Counted from the first letter of the stretch, positions 1-9,970 are shown. The stretch is 64,000 nucleotides of DNA from Dehalococcoidia bacterium (GCA_965197645.1 OZ240219.1:128001-192000), one strand, 5' to 3'. Numbers and translations: made by a program. Notes: generated by a model not told the origin, from the letters alone.

Positions 1-31
1 GAACTGTCCTCCGATTTCGAGTGACCACCTC

Positions 32-601
32 GTGAGAGATGACGAAATCCGGGAGATCCTCGAAGGCTCCAACGCCTTGCTCCAGGGCCATTTTCTCCTC
101 ACCTCCGGCCTCCACTCCCCCAACTACCTGGAGAAGTTCCGGCTTCTTCAGGACCCCTCGCATATCGAGTATTTCTGCACCAAAATTGCGGACCGCTTCC
201 GAGCCGAAGGCGTAGAGACGGTGGCCGGACCGGCGCTGGGTGGCATAATCCTGGCCTACGAGGTGGCCCGGCAGCTGGGGGTCAACGGTGTCTACGCCGA
301 GAGAGAAGGCGACGAGAGGGTGTTCCGTAGAGGGCAATCGATCTCGCCGGATGAGCGGGTCCTCATCGTGGACGACATTCTGACTACGGGGGGCTCGGTC
401 AGGGAGATGGTGGAGGCGGTGGCGAAGGCTAGAGGGGAGATCGTGGGCATCGGACTGCTTATCGATAGATCAAGCGACGTGCCTGAGTTCAACGCGCCAC
501 TGTACACGTGCCACCGACTGGATATCCTCACCTATCCGCCGGAGGAATGCCCCCAGTGTAAAGCAGGACAGCCGCTGACGAGACACGGGAGCCAGGTTTA
601 G
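32..601 (+). CDS. pyrE: orotate phosphoribosyltransferase
   Basis: GHFLLTSGLHS N-terminal motif; PRPP-binding motif VLIVDDILTTGGS. Confidence 0.92.
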   Translation: MRDDEIREILEGSNALLQGHFLLTSGLHSPNYLEKFRLLQDPSHIEYFCTKIADRFRAEGVETVAGPALGGIILAYEVARQLGVNGVYAEREGDERVFRRGQSISPDERVLIVDDILTTGGSVREMVEAVAKARGEIVGIGLLIDRSSDVPEFNAPLYTCHRLDILTYPPEECPQCKAGQPLTRHGSQV

Positions 602-671
602 CCCAGGGGGTACGCGGCATGGGTCTTCAGTTGCTAGACAAACCCGGCGGGCCTACCCATAATATAGCCGT

Positions 672-746
672 GAGCCGTTAGCTCAGCGGTAGAGCACCGG
701 ACTTTTAATCCGGGTGTCGTGGGTTCGAATCCCACACGGCTCACCA
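672..746 (+). tRNA. tRNA-Lys (anticodon TTT)
   Basis: Acceptor stem GAGCCGT/ACGGCTC, D arm GCTC/GAGC, anticodon arm CCGGA-CTTTTAA-TCCGG, T loop TTCGAAT, encoded CCA. Confidence 0.97.
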
Positions 747-1005
747 CGCTTGCACCGTAGACCGTACCGGCCCCGAGCATCAGCCACCGGATTAGCACCG
801 GCGCTCCCATCGCTGCGGGTGTTGGCTCCCATATCTCCGCCACCACCAGCCACTCCCCCACACGGTCTGTTGATTCAGGTGCGTCAAATGGGTGCAAGCC
901 ACCCCGGCTGCTCCGCAGCCCCTAACAGAACTAAACCAGGGCTCGGGGTGTTATATTGTGCTCCGCTATTGGAGACCCAAGTCCAGGGTAGATAGAGGTG
1001 TCGTT

Positions 1006-1908
1006 ATGACCGTGCCTCCTCAGAAAAAGCTGCATCGTCCGATTCTGGAGATGGTAAGGGAAGCGAAAAATGATGCGGTGTCGTTTCAACACTTAAAGTA
1101 TGCACTCATCCAGCACTTTTCATTGAATGAAACAGACCTAGAGGAAAGAGTACCGTCGGGGCAGAACAGATTCACCAATCGGGTTTACTGGGCAGTATCC
1201 TATTTGAGGCGTGCGAGCTTACTGAGGTCACCTTCACAGGCTCGTTTTCTAATCACAGATCAAGGACTCCAGGCTCTTGCGACTTACGACGGTGACATTG
1301 GGACCGGAGAACTCAAACGCTTGATTGAGTTGGGAGGGCGAACAATACCGCCAGAACCTGGGGTCGTTCCAGAGGTTGAAGATGTCTCCGGAGCTACACC
1401 GGATGAACAACTGGCGACTCTTCATCAAGAGCTAGACGACAAACTAGCCGATGAGCTGTTGGATGCTGTTCTAAATTTATCGCCTGATCGCTTTGAACAG
1501 TTGATGGTCAGACTACTTGAGAAGATGGGCTACGGCAAAGGTCAGAGAGTGGGAGGCCCAGGCGATGGGGGGATTGACGGCATAATCGACCAGGACCTGC
1601 TCGGCCTCGAGAAGGTCTACGTCCAAGTCAAGCGTTGGGAAGGGTCGGTCGGTGAACCTGAGATACGTAACTTTTCCGGCAGCCTGCAGGCAAAGGGCGC
1701 CAGCAAGGGCGTGTTCATCACTACGTCAACCTTTGCCGGCAGGGCGCGGGAGACAGCGGACCGTATCTCTGCTGGCCCTCAATTCATACGCCTCGTCGAT
1801 GGCATAGAGCTCTCTCGCCTTATGATCAGGCATGATGTAGGCGTCGTGACCGAAATCTCCTACGATGTGAAAAAGCTGGACGAGAACTACCTCGGCAACG
1901 AGGTGTAG
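1006..1908 (+). CDS. mrr: Mrr-family type IV restriction endonuclease
   Basis: Mrr_N winged helix (SGQNRFTNRVYWAVSYLRRA) and Mrr_cat (GDGGIDG...VYVQVKRW, GVFITTSTF); start moved to ATG 1006 after AGAGGTG. Confidence 0.9.
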   Translation: MTVPPQKKLHRPILEMVREAKNDAVSFQHLKYALIQHFSLNETDLEERVPSGQNRFTNRVYWAVSYLRRASLLRSPSQARFLITDQGLQALATYDGDIGTGELKRLIELGGRTIPPEPGVVPEVEDVSGATPDEQLATLHQELDDKLADELLDAVLNLSPDRFEQLMVRLLEKMGYGKGQRVGGPGDGGIDGIIDQDLLGLEKVYVQVKRWEGSVGEPEIRNFSGSLQAKGASKGVFITTSTFAGRARETADRISAGPQFIRLVDGIELSRLMIRHDVGVVTEISYDVKKLDENYLGNEV

Positions 1909-2005
1909 CGCTGGATTGGGACGGCGACGTTCTCAACCGGGTCGCCCAACGCCAAGGGCCGTGGGAGTAACGCCGGGCGCACAGAGCCGTGGTTATTCCG
2001 TGTGG

Positions 2006-3424
2006 CTAACCAGCCTGGGCCATTGGGGGTATCTTGTCGGCCCAGGGCCTTGCCTGCTCAAGCGCCGCCGAGGCCCGAAGCACCGATACTTCGTCGCCTA
2101 GCCGGCCTATGACGTGCAGCCCGATGGGAAGGCCGTCGGAGGAGAACCCACAGGGGACACTGGCGGCGGGATTGCCGGTAACATTGAAGGTGGGCGTGAA
2201 GGGGGTGTATTCCCAGGCCTGATTGACGCCTCGTGTGCCGATCCTGGTGGTGTACTGTCCCACGGGAAAAGCGGGTATCGCCGTGGTGGGCGTGATAAGA
2301 AGGTCGTAGGTCTCGAAGAAGTCCTCCATCCGAGCCCTGAACTCCCACAGGTCCACCATGGCCTTGGCGTACTGGGCGCCGGTTATCTCCCGCCCCCGCT
2401 CGATGCCCTCTCGGACGTAGTCCATCAGCTTGTCGCCGTGGTCCCTCAGAAGCGCCTCGCCGTCGGCAGCGTAGTTCTCGGCGGGAATGATGGTATCGAA
2501 GATGTCGAAGGGAGGCCCGGACTCGGGTGTCGCATCCTCAAGGCTGCAACCGAACTCCTCGAAAAGCCCCGCGGCCGCTCGAGTAACCGAAAGGACCTCT
2601 TCGTCTACCTCAGCGTAGCCCAGGTCGGGGCTCCAGGCCACCCTCAGACCGCTCACGCCGCCTTCCAACGCGGCCAAGTAGTCCGGCGGCTCCTCCCGGA
2701 TTCTGAGAGAATCTCGGGGGTCGGGACCTGCAATTACGTTGAGCATGAGGGCCGAGTCTCGCACGGTGCGGGACATGGGGCCGCTGTCAGCGAAGAGCAC
2801 CCAGCTGTTTCGGGGCGCCGGCACCCGGGCGTGGGTGGCCTTGATGCCGTAGACACCGCAGAAGGAAGAGGGGATGCGGATAGAGCCTCCGCCGTCGCTG
2901 CCCGTGGCCAGGGGGCATAATCCGGCGGCCAGGGCTGCCCCGGAACCTCCGCTGGACCCGCCGGTGGTCCGGCTGGTGTCCCACGGATTGCGGCAGTGGT
3001 CTCCCAGCTTGTTTTCGGTGCTGCCCGAGGCCCCGAACTCCGGGGTGTTGGTCTTGCCAAGTATTATCGCCCCCGCATTCTTCAAACGTTCCACGGTGAT
3101 GGAGTCCTCTTCGGGCACATTGTCCTCATAGACAAGGGAGCCCATGGTGGTCCGGATGCCCTTGGTGTTCTCCAGGTCCTTGACCGCGACGGGGACGCCG
3201 TGAAGGGGAGGTAGGTCGTCGCCCCGCATCACCGCCGCTTCCGCTTCTTTCGCCGCCTGGCGAGCCTCGTCTCCGCAGACGGTTAGGAAGGCGTTTAGCT
3301 GGGAGTCGAGGGCTTCGATCCTTTCGAGGTAAGAGTCGATAGCCTCAACCGGCGAGGCTTTCTTTTCCCTGATCAGCCCGGCAAGCTCGGTAGCGTCCAT
3401 AAAAGCGTAGGATGAGCTATCCAT
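2006..3424 (-). CDS. amidase signature family protein
   Basis: GVPVAVKD, GGSSGGSGAA and GSDGGGSIRIPS (Ser-cisSer-Lys triad motifs). Confidence 0.92.
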   Translation of the reverse strand: MDSSSYAFMDATELAGLIREKKASPVEAIDSYLERIEALDSQLNAFLTVCGDEARQAAKEAEAAVMRGDDLPPLHGVPVAVKDLENTKGIRTTMGSLVYEDNVPEEDSITVERLKNAGAIILGKTNTPEFGASGSTENKLGDHCRNPWDTSRTTGGSSGGSGAALAAGLCPLATGSDGGGSIRIPSSFCGVYGIKATHARVPAPRNSWVLFADSGPMSRTVRDSALMLNVIAGPDPRDSLRIREEPPDYLAALEGGVSGLRVAWSPDLGYAEVDEEVLSVTRAAAGLFEEFGCSLEDATPESGPPFDIFDTIIPAENYAADGEALLRDHGDKLMDYVREGIERGREITGAQYAKAMVDLWEFRARMEDFFETYDLLITPTTAIPAFPVGQYTTRIGTRGVNQAWEYTPFTPTFNVTGNPAASVPCGFSSDGLPIGLHVIGRLGDEVSVLRASAALEQARPWADKIPPMAQAG

Positions 3425-3475
3425 AACGACCTCCTTCTAATCGAGACGGACTCCTTCAGCGACCGACATTGTCGC

Positions 3476-4429
3476 CTAACGAGGGCCAGCCATCAACTCG
3501 TCCCGCTCCGCCGGAGAAAGGTGAGCCACCGCCTGGTCTATGATATCGAGGCCGACCCTCTCACTCCAGGCCTGAGCAATCTGCTGAAATGCAGGGCCCG
3601 GTGTACCGTTGCCTATCTTGACCCCATTCAGGGAGACCACCGGGGCGATGTGGCTAGGCGTTGTGGTCATAAAGGCCTCGTCGGCCTGGTAGACGTCGAA
3701 GGGGGTGTAGTCGCCCTCCTCGGACTCGATGCCCAGGCCCTCGGCTATCTCCAGGACCGTGTCCATGGTGATCCCGCCCAGCACGTGGCGGCGGTTGGGC
3801 ACGTGGATTCGGCCCTGTCGGAAGAACAGGAAGTTGGCCCCACTGCTCTCGGCTACGTTGCCATCGTAGTCCAGCATCAAGGGTACGGCTTCGGGATCGA
3901 CGGCGTGGGCCTCGAACTCTGCGATGAAGTGGTTCATCTTGTTGGAGATCTTAGCCTTGGGCGAGAGGCTCTGGGGCGGGGTGCGACGGGTGGCGGGGGT
4001 GACCATCTTGATCCCCTTCAAATACCACCGTGCGTACATCTCGAAGGCCAGGGGCTCGGTGTAGATGACCACAGTCGGGTCCATCGACGCCCGGCGGGTC
4101 GGGTCTAACGGTCCCCTGCTTATGATATGGGTCAGGCCTACGTCATCGGGATTGGGCCCGGCGCGCTCCTTGTTCTCGTTTACCAGGTCCAGGGTGACCC
4201 TCTCGAGCTCGTCGATACTCATTTGGGGGTCTATCCTGGTGTAGTTGAGAGACCAGTGCAGCCGGTCCAGATGTTCCCGAAGTCTCCACACCTTTCCCCC
4301 AAAGGTCCTGGCCATCTCATAGACGCCATCGCCCCATCTGAAGCCCCTATCGAAGACGGAGATCGTGGCTTGACTTTCGGGAACAAGATCGCCGTTGACG
4401 TATACCAGGGGTTCGTTAGTGTTTTCCAC
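3476..4429 (-). CDS. aminotransferase class IV (BCAT/D-amino acid transaminase/ADC lyase family)
   Basis: ISVFDRGFRWGDGVYE, HLDRL, AESSGANFLF, LGGIT, ADEAFMT. Confidence 0.88.
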   Translation of the reverse strand: MENTNEPLVYVNGDLVPESQATISVFDRGFRWGDGVYEMARTFGGKVWRLREHLDRLHWSLNYTRIDPQMSIDELERVTLDLVNENKERAGPNPDDVGLTHIISRGPLDPTRRASMDPTVVIYTEPLAFEMYARWYLKGIKMVTPATRRTPPQSLSPKAKISNKMNHFIAEFEAHAVDPEAVPLMLDYDGNVAESSGANFLFFRQGRIHVPNRRHVLGGITMDTVLEIAEGLGIESEEGDYTPFDVYQADEAFMTTTPSHIAPVVSLNGVKIGNGTPGPAFQQIAQAWSERVGLDIIDQAVAHLSPAERDELMAGPR

Positions 4430-4506
4430 CAGATTCCTCCTAGTAACTAGGTTCGAGCACCGATTAACCCAGTAGCTTTGGTCGGGGCAGGTCGTAGACC
4501 AGAGCT

Positions 4507-6255
4507 CTAACTACGGGGTTTCTCGGCGGAGCGAGCCTGCATTCTTCGGTATCTCTCTATAGAAACGGCAGCCAGGATGACGATGATTGCCAGGGCCAGC
4601 ATAATCGTGGAAACGGCGGTGGCCATGGGCGTGAACTCACCTGCTCTGGCGTCCCAAATGTTCATCGGGATGGTCTGGAATCCCGGGCTTTTCAGCGTCA
4701 TAGCCAGGACCAGCTCGTTGAAAGAGATCAAAAAGGAGACGACTAAGGCTATTCCAATCCCAGGGTAGATCTGGGGAAAGATGATAAGCCGAAACCTGCT
4801 CAGTCGATTCGCTCCCAGGCTTTCGGCTGCCAGCTCCTGGGTCTCGTCGGCGTTACGGAAAGCAGCCGTCAGGATGATGATGGCGAAGGGCAGTGCGAGC
4901 ATGATGTGGGGAACAGCCAGGCCGGGGACTGTGCCCATGAGGAAGTTTAGCCGGCCGAAGTAATAGAGCCTGAAGATGATTCCGGCGAGAACCACGGTCG
5001 GAATGACCAGTGGCGCCAGCATCAGCGAGCCGACGATCTGCTTGCCGGGGTACCGGCCTCGCACCAGACTGTAGGAGACTAGAAGCCCCAGCAAGACGGC
5101 AGCGAGGGAAGCAATGGCGGCGGTCTCGAAGCTGTTTAGCGTCGAGGATAACCAATCGACCAGAGGGTCATCTCCGTTGAAGTAGGTTACGTACCATTTC
5201 CAGGTGAAGTCCGTGGGTGGGAACTGCAGGAAGGTGGTGCGGCTGAAGGAGAGCACCACTACGACTAAGCTGGGAAGCATCATGTATAGCCCAATCAATG
5301 TTGCCACCGCACCCAGGAGAATTCGTCCCAGTGAGCTCTTTCTATCAGTTTCGGGAACGTACTGGACAGCTGATTCTCCGCTGGGATACAGCGGTTTGAA
5401 ACCGATGAACCTGATGAACATCAGGTAGATCAGGAGCACTACGGTCAGCAAGAGCATCGACAGGGATGAATTGAAGCCTCCCTCGACTCGGAGAAGAGAT
5501 GCGATGCCCCGATGCTGTACGTCGCCCAGGATGTCGGGGGCGGCGTAGGCCCCCATACTCAACGCCAGCACCAACAGGCATCCGGCAAAAATGCCCGGCA
5601 GACTCAGAGGCAGGTAAACTCGGAGAAAGCTTCGAATCGGGGGCGCCCCGAGGCTCTGAGCCGCGATGTTTAGCCCCTTGGGGATTCTCAGCATGCCGAC
5701 GTACACGCAGAGGACCATCAGCGGGAGGAGTATCTGAACCATCGAGACCGTCACCGAGAAGCGGGTGAACAGCATCTCCAACGGCTCATCGATTATCCCG
5801 ACGGCTTGCAGAGCCTCGTTAACCCAACCGTTCCTGCCTAGAACTATGCGCCAAATGGAGGTCTGGGGCACGAAGTGGGTGATTAACGGGACGGCCACGA
5901 CGAAGAGTAGCAACGCTCTTCGCCAGCCGGAGCTGCTGGCCAGATAGTAGGCCAAGGGGTAGCCGAGTAGGAGGCAGCTAACGGTGGTGATGAAGGAGAA
6001 CTGCAGGGTGGAGCTCCACAAGCCTCGATACACGGCGCTGGTTAGAGCTCGATGGTAGTTGGCAAAGGTGAGGTTGGACCAGCTTCCGAAGCTATCCTCG
6101 ATGACGTTGACCAGGGGGTATAGGAAGAAGTAGGCGAACAGGGCGGTTCCGGGAAGGAGCATCAGGAGATAAACGGAGTGCTCGCGGGAGAAGCGCTGGA
6201 GGGAGCGACTTCGGCCAGTGAGGGGAGCGGCCAGAAATATGAGAGCTGATGGCAT
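4507..6255 (-). CDS. ABC transporter fused double permease (PotB/PotC or FbpB-like)
   Basis: Two EAA-type loops (AAQSLGAPP, AAESLGANR); about 12 hydrophobic segments. Confidence 0.85.
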   Translation of the reverse strand: MPSALIFLAAPLTGRSRSLQRFSREHSVYLLMLLPGTALFAYFFLYPLVNVIEDSFGSWSNLTFANYHRALTSAVYRGLWSSTLQFSFITTVSCLLLGYPLAYYLASSSGWRRALLLFVVAVPLITHFVPQTSIWRIVLGRNGWVNEALQAVGIIDEPLEMLFTRFSVTVSMVQILLPLMVLCVYVGMLRIPKGLNIAAQSLGAPPIRSFLRVYLPLSLPGIFAGCLLVLALSMGAYAAPDILGDVQHRGIASLLRVEGGFNSSLSMLLLTVVLLIYLMFIRFIGFKPLYPSGESAVQYVPETDRKSSLGRILLGAVATLIGLYMMLPSLVVVVLSFSRTTFLQFPPTDFTWKWYVTYFNGDDPLVDWLSSTLNSFETAAIASLAAVLLGLLVSYSLVRGRYPGKQIVGSLMLAPLVIPTVVLAGIIFRLYYFGRLNFLMGTVPGLAVPHIMLALPFAIIILTAAFRNADETQELAAESLGANRLSRFRLIIFPQIYPGIGIALVVSFLISFNELVLAMTLKSPGFQTIPMNIWDARAGEFTPMATAVSTIMLALAIIVILAAVSIERYRRMQARSAEKPRS

Positions 6256-6266
6256 GGTGAGATCTC

Positions 6267-7199
6267 TCAGCCTGCGAAGTGCGGCACTACTGTTTCCGCA
6301 ATTTGTTGGTACTGATCCAGCATGCGGTCCGGCGATACTCCGACGTCCAGGACAATATGTGTGACGCCCAGTGCCAAGTACTCCTCGATTGTCTCGATAC
6401 AGTCGGCGGCAGTGCCCACGGCGTTGGCGAAGCCCAGCTGGGCTTCGTCGGTGCCGGCGCGCCGGGTGGACTCTTGGCGCATTACCTCCCAGGCCTCTTC
6501 CATGCTGTCATCGATGCATATCCACATGAAGAGCGCCCACTCCAGGGCATCGGGGTCCCGGCCGTACTCATCGAGGTAGCGCCGGAGGAGCTGCTGGGCC
6601 TCTCGATAGCCGTGGGGCGGGACTATGGTGGGGAAGAAGCCATCGCAGAAGCGGGCTGTGCGGCGAAGTGCCCCCTCGGCAAAGCCTCCGTCCCGGTAGA
6701 CCGGGCCCATCCAGAGAGGCGGGTGGGGCTGCTGGATGGGCCTGGGACGCAGCGTAACATCCTCGAGCTGATGGAACGCCCCTCGATGAGTGACCTCCTC
6801 CTCCGTCAAGAGCCGCTTCAGCACCTGGAGCCGCTCGTCGGAGATGCGGCCCCGGTGACGCATATCCACGCCCATGGCATCGAACTCCCAGCTCCTGCCC
6901 CCAATACCCATGCCCAGTATCAGGCGCCCGTTGGAGAGGATGTCCACGGTAGCGGCGGTCTTGGCCAGTGCCAGGGGGTGCTTGTAGGGCAGCACCAGCA
7001 CCGCAGTGCCCAGCTGAATGCTCTGGGTGGCCTGCGCGACGGCGGACAGGACGGTCAGGGGTTCCAGGTTGGGCTCCAGGGCAAAGTCCGGCGCCCAGAA
7101 GGAATCGAAGCCCCAAGCTTCCGCTTTTTGAGCGACCTCCACCGGCCCGACGATCTCCTCGAGGTGAGTGTACATCAGGCCGAACTTTGTGCGTGGCAT
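6267..7199 (-). CDS. LLM-class flavin/F420-dependent oxidoreductase
   Basis: AEAWGFDSFW, TQSIQLGTAVLVLP, DILSNGRLILGMGIG, PIQQPHPPLW. Confidence 0.9.
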   Translation of the reverse strand: MPRTKFGLMYTHLEEIVGPVEVAQKAEAWGFDSFWAPDFALEPNLEPLTVLSAVAQATQSIQLGTAVLVLPYKHPLALAKTAATVDILSNGRLILGMGIGGRSWEFDAMGVDMRHRGRISDERLQVLKRLLTEEEVTHRGAFHQLEDVTLRPRPIQQPHPPLWMGPVYRDGGFAEGALRRTARFCDGFFPTIVPPHGYREAQQLLRRYLDEYGRDPDALEWALFMWICIDDSMEEAWEVMRQESTRRAGTDEAQLGFANAVGTAADCIETIEEYLALGVTHIVLDVGVSPDRMLDQYQQIAETVVPHFAG

Positions 7200-7265
7200 G
7201 CGTGCTCTCCACCCTGGTACAAAGCCCTAGGAGTGCGGTGATCCCTGCCCCTGGGTGATATGGCT

Positions 7266-8147
7266 CTACTTGTTCTTTCGCTTGGACCGGGGTCCGAATG
7301 GCTCGGGTTGGAAGGGGCCGTCCCGGGCCTGTAGGAACTCTTTCAGGCCACCGCTGCGCTGGGCCATGTCCAGCGGCTTGAAGAAATCGAGGCTGCGGGA
7401 CATGTGAGCTAGGGCCTTGAACTCGTTGTTCAGCAGGAGAGCGTTGCGCAGGCCCATGGCGTAAAGGCCCCGGGTCGCAACGTGGAGGGTCAACTTCGTC
7501 GTCTCCGGTGCGACGAGGGCGATTCGTTCGACGATCTGGAAGCATCGATCGATAAGCTGATCGTGAGGCACGACCTCGTTTACGATGCCGATTCGATGGG
7601 CTTCCTGGGCATCGATGTGGTCGCCGGTCAGAGCGTAGCGCAGCGCTTCTTTGTAGCCGGCGTTGAGCACCCAGAAGAAATTGGTATCGTCTCCCATGCG
7701 CACCTCCGGCTGGCCAAAGACCGCCTGGTCCGAGGCGTAGGTCAGGTGACAGGCGAGGGCGTACCAGGAGGCCCCGGCGAGGCAGTAGCCATTAACCGCA
7801 GCGATGACCGGCTTACTCAGCTCCCAAATCTGGATGATGTTGTCGTTTTCGTACCGGTCTCGGTCGCGCTGTATGTTGATCTGCTCGGCGACGTTGGAGT
7901 CCTCGGGGAGACCGTAGGGCCAGGCCAGCTCCCGGCCGCCCTTGATGTCGTAGCCTGCGGAGAAGGCCCTGCCCGCACCGGTGATGACGATGGCCCGCAC
8001 CTCGGGATCGCGCTCAGCCTCCCTCAAGGCGGTGCTCAGCTCCTCTTCAACCTGCTCGCTGATGGCGTTGAGCACCTCGGGGCGGTTGATGGTGATAAGC
8101 ACGCCCTTGCGCTGCTTCTCGTACAGAATCGATTCGTAGTCCGGTAT
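7266..8147 (-). CDS. enoyl-CoA hydratase/isomerase family protein (start uncertain: ATA at 8147 or GTG at 8102)
   Basis: ITINRPEVLNA, GRAFSAGYD, KPVIAAVNGYCLAG, FGQPE; crotonase-like N-terminus YESILYEK lies upstream of the GTG. Confidence 0.82.
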   Translation of the reverse strand: MPDYESILYEKQRKGVLITINRPEVLNAISEQVEEELSTALREAERDPEVRAIVITGAGRAFSAGYDIKGGRELAWPYGLPEDSNVAEQINIQRDRDRYENDNIIQIWELSKPVIAAVNGYCLAGASWYALACHLTYASDQAVFGQPEVRMGDDTNFFWVLNAGYKEALRYALTGDHIDAQEAHRIGIVNEVVPHDQLIDRCFQIVERIALVAPETTKLTLHVATRGLYAMGLRNALLLNNEFKALAHMSRSLDFFKPLDMAQRSGGLKEFLQARDGPFQPEPFGPRSKRKNK

Positions 8148-8162
8148 GGAAACTCTCCCTCC

Positions 8163-8975
8163 TCAGTGGGCCATGATCAGGCCGCCATCCTGGTTAATGG
8201 ACTGGCCGTGTATCCAGGATGCCGCCTTGGTGCAAAGATAGGCTATGAAGTCTCCGACCTCCTCGTCGGTGCCGTTACGCCTGATGGGCGTCGTGCTGGC
8301 CATCTCCTCCCAAGCGTCGCTATGCACCAGATCGTCCATGCGATGGGTGTCTACGGCGCCAGGGCAGACACAGTTGACGTTGATGCCGTGGGGACCCAGC
8401 TCCTTAGCCATCGATTGGGTCATTCCCACTTGGGCAAAGCAGCCGGCGTTGTAGGCCAGGCACTCGGGGTCGCCCTCCTTACCGGCGCCGGAGGACACGT
8501 TGACTATCTTCCCGCCCTCGCCCTGCCTGATCAGGTGCTTGATCACGGCCTTGCTGCACAGGTAGGTGCCCATAATCTTTATGTCTACAACCCTTTCGAA
8601 GATGTCGTCATCCAGGTCGACGATGGGTACCCGGTCCGGGCCCCGGGCGAACGCGGCGTTGTTCACCAGTATGTCCACCCGGCCCAGCTCGGCGACCGTC
8701 TGTTCGACCATGGCGTACACCTGCTCGGCGTTGGCGACGTCGACAACTACCGGCAGTGCCCGACGGCCCAGGTCACGCACCTGCTCCGCCGTGCTCTCGA
8801 TGTCCTTCCAGCCGGCCTTCTTCTCATCGGGCGGGTACCTGGAAGGGTCCCGTCCGGTGCCTGTGACCACCACGTCGGCCCCCAACTGGGCAAGGGCTAC
8901 TGCGGAGGCGCGGCCTATGCCCCGCAGCCGGCCTGCACCCGTGACTATTGCGACCTTACCGTCCAGCTCTCCCAT
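8163..8975 (-). CDS. SDR family oxidoreductase
   Basis: IVTGAGRLRGIG, DILVNNA, NCVCPG; active-site motif YNAGC in place of YxxxK. Confidence 0.9.
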   Translation of the reverse strand: MGELDGKVAIVTGAGRLRGIGRASAVALAQLGADVVVTGTGRDPSRYPPDEKKAGWKDIESTAEQVRDLGRRALPVVVDVANAEQVYAMVEQTVAELGRVDILVNNAAFARGPDRVPIVDLDDDIFERVVDIKIMGTYLCSKAVIKHLIRQGEGGKIVNVSSGAGKEGDPECLAYNAGCFAQVGMTQSMAKELGPHGINVNCVCPGAVDTHRMDDLVHSDAWEEMASTTPIRRNGTDEEVGDFIAYLCTKAASWIHGQSINQDGGLIMAH

Positions 8976-9015
8976 GAAACCCTCCCTCTAACGAACTCTT
9001 CTTCATAGCAACTAA

Positions 9016-9106
9016 TTTGGTCCCAGCCGACCGCCCTCAGAGGTTTTGGGGCTGGGGGAACATACCCCAGGCCCCCGCCAGAGGGAAGTTTCCCTCGGCA
9101 GTCCCT
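9016..9106 (+). repeat. MITE-like family B, internal copy
   Basis: About 90 bp similar to 34784-34876 (TCCCAGCCG..CGCCCT..GGGGGAACAT..CCCC..GCCAGAGG..TTTCCCTC..TCCCT). Confidence 0.65.
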
Positions 9107-9175
9107 AAAGCGACAGATGTCTTACTGATTTTCTACTGAAGATATCTAGTACCGGCGTTGCGTAAACAGAATCCG

Positions 9176-9970
9176 TTACTGGAATATGGCGGAGCCCGAG
9201 CCGCCGCTGGCGGCGATCACCTCTCCCGTGATGGACTCGGCTTTTGGCGAGGCGAGGAAGGCTGTCACGTAGCCGATCTCGCTGGCGTCTACGATGCGCC
9301 GTATGGCTATGCTCTCCTCAATTTGCCTCTCCACTTCCTCGACGGATATTCCCTGCTGACTCGCCATCTCTTCATGGTCGGGAGCCGAGCGCTCGGTGAG
9401 GGTCGCGCCGGGATGCACCGTGTTGACCGTAATACCGTAAGATCCCAGTTGGTCCGAGAGGGTCTTGGTCATATGCACCACCGCGGCGTTGCGCATGCCG
9501 CTGATAACCCCGGAGAACCTGCCGGACAACCCGCCGATGTTGATGATCCGCCCCCAGCGCTGGCGCTGCATGTGAGGGGCCACCGCCTTCGAGCACCTGA
9601 AGTAGCCCATGGTCTTAGTGTTGAGGTCCTCCAAGAGGTCCTTCTCGCTGGCCTCATTCAGGTGCCCCTGAACCATGCCGCCCACAACGGCCGCGTTGTT
9701 CACCAGTATATCGACCTTACCCAAGGCATCGACGGTGCTCCTGACCAGGTTTTCAATGGACTCGGTGCTGGTCGTGTCGGTCTGGACGGGAAGAATACGG
9801 CGACCGGTCGCTTCGGCGAGCTCGGCGGCCGCCTCCTCCAGGGGCTCCATGCGACGGGCGCAGATGACCACGTCCACCCCTTCCATCCCCAGCTCCTTCG
9901 CTACCGCTTTGCCAATTCCCATGCTGCCGCCTGTGACTATGGCTGCTTTACCGGTCAGTTCCAGGTCCAC
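9176..9970 (-). CDS. SDR family oxidoreductase (atypical active site)
   Basis: IVTGGSMGIG, DILVNNA, NTVHPG; GTG start at 9970 after GGAGG. Confidence 0.88.
   Translation of the reverse strand: MDLELTGKAAIVTGGSMGIGKAVAKELGMEGVDVVICARRMEPLEEAAAELAEATGRRILPVQTDTTSTESIENLVRSTVDALGKVDILVNNAAVVGGMVQGHLNEASEKDLLEDLNTKTMGYFRCSKAVAPHMQRQRWGRIINIGGLSGRFSGVISGMRNAAVVHMTKTLSDQLGSYGITVNTVHPGATLTERSAPDHEEMASQQGISVEEVERQIEESIAIRRIVDASEIGYVTAFLASPKAESITGEVIAASGGSGSAIFQ

Noticed and set aside
634-995. Short ORFs overlapping the tRNA-Lys gene
   Set aside because: Spurious translations across the tRNA.
2006-3424. gatA (Glu-tRNA amidotransferase subunit A)
   Set aside because: No gatB or gatC neighbours; the context is catabolic, so it is called a generic amidase.
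8163-8165. Selenocysteine codon at the SDR stop
   Set aside because: No SECIS-like hairpin follows, and the paralog at 26861 ends at the same residue with TAA.
7482-9008. 508-aa plus-strand ORF, and similar long ORFs such as 14660-16150, 18315-19598, 23801-25087 and 51477-52703
   Set aside because: Antisense shadows of well-supported genes, expected in high-GC DNA; no recognisable motifs.
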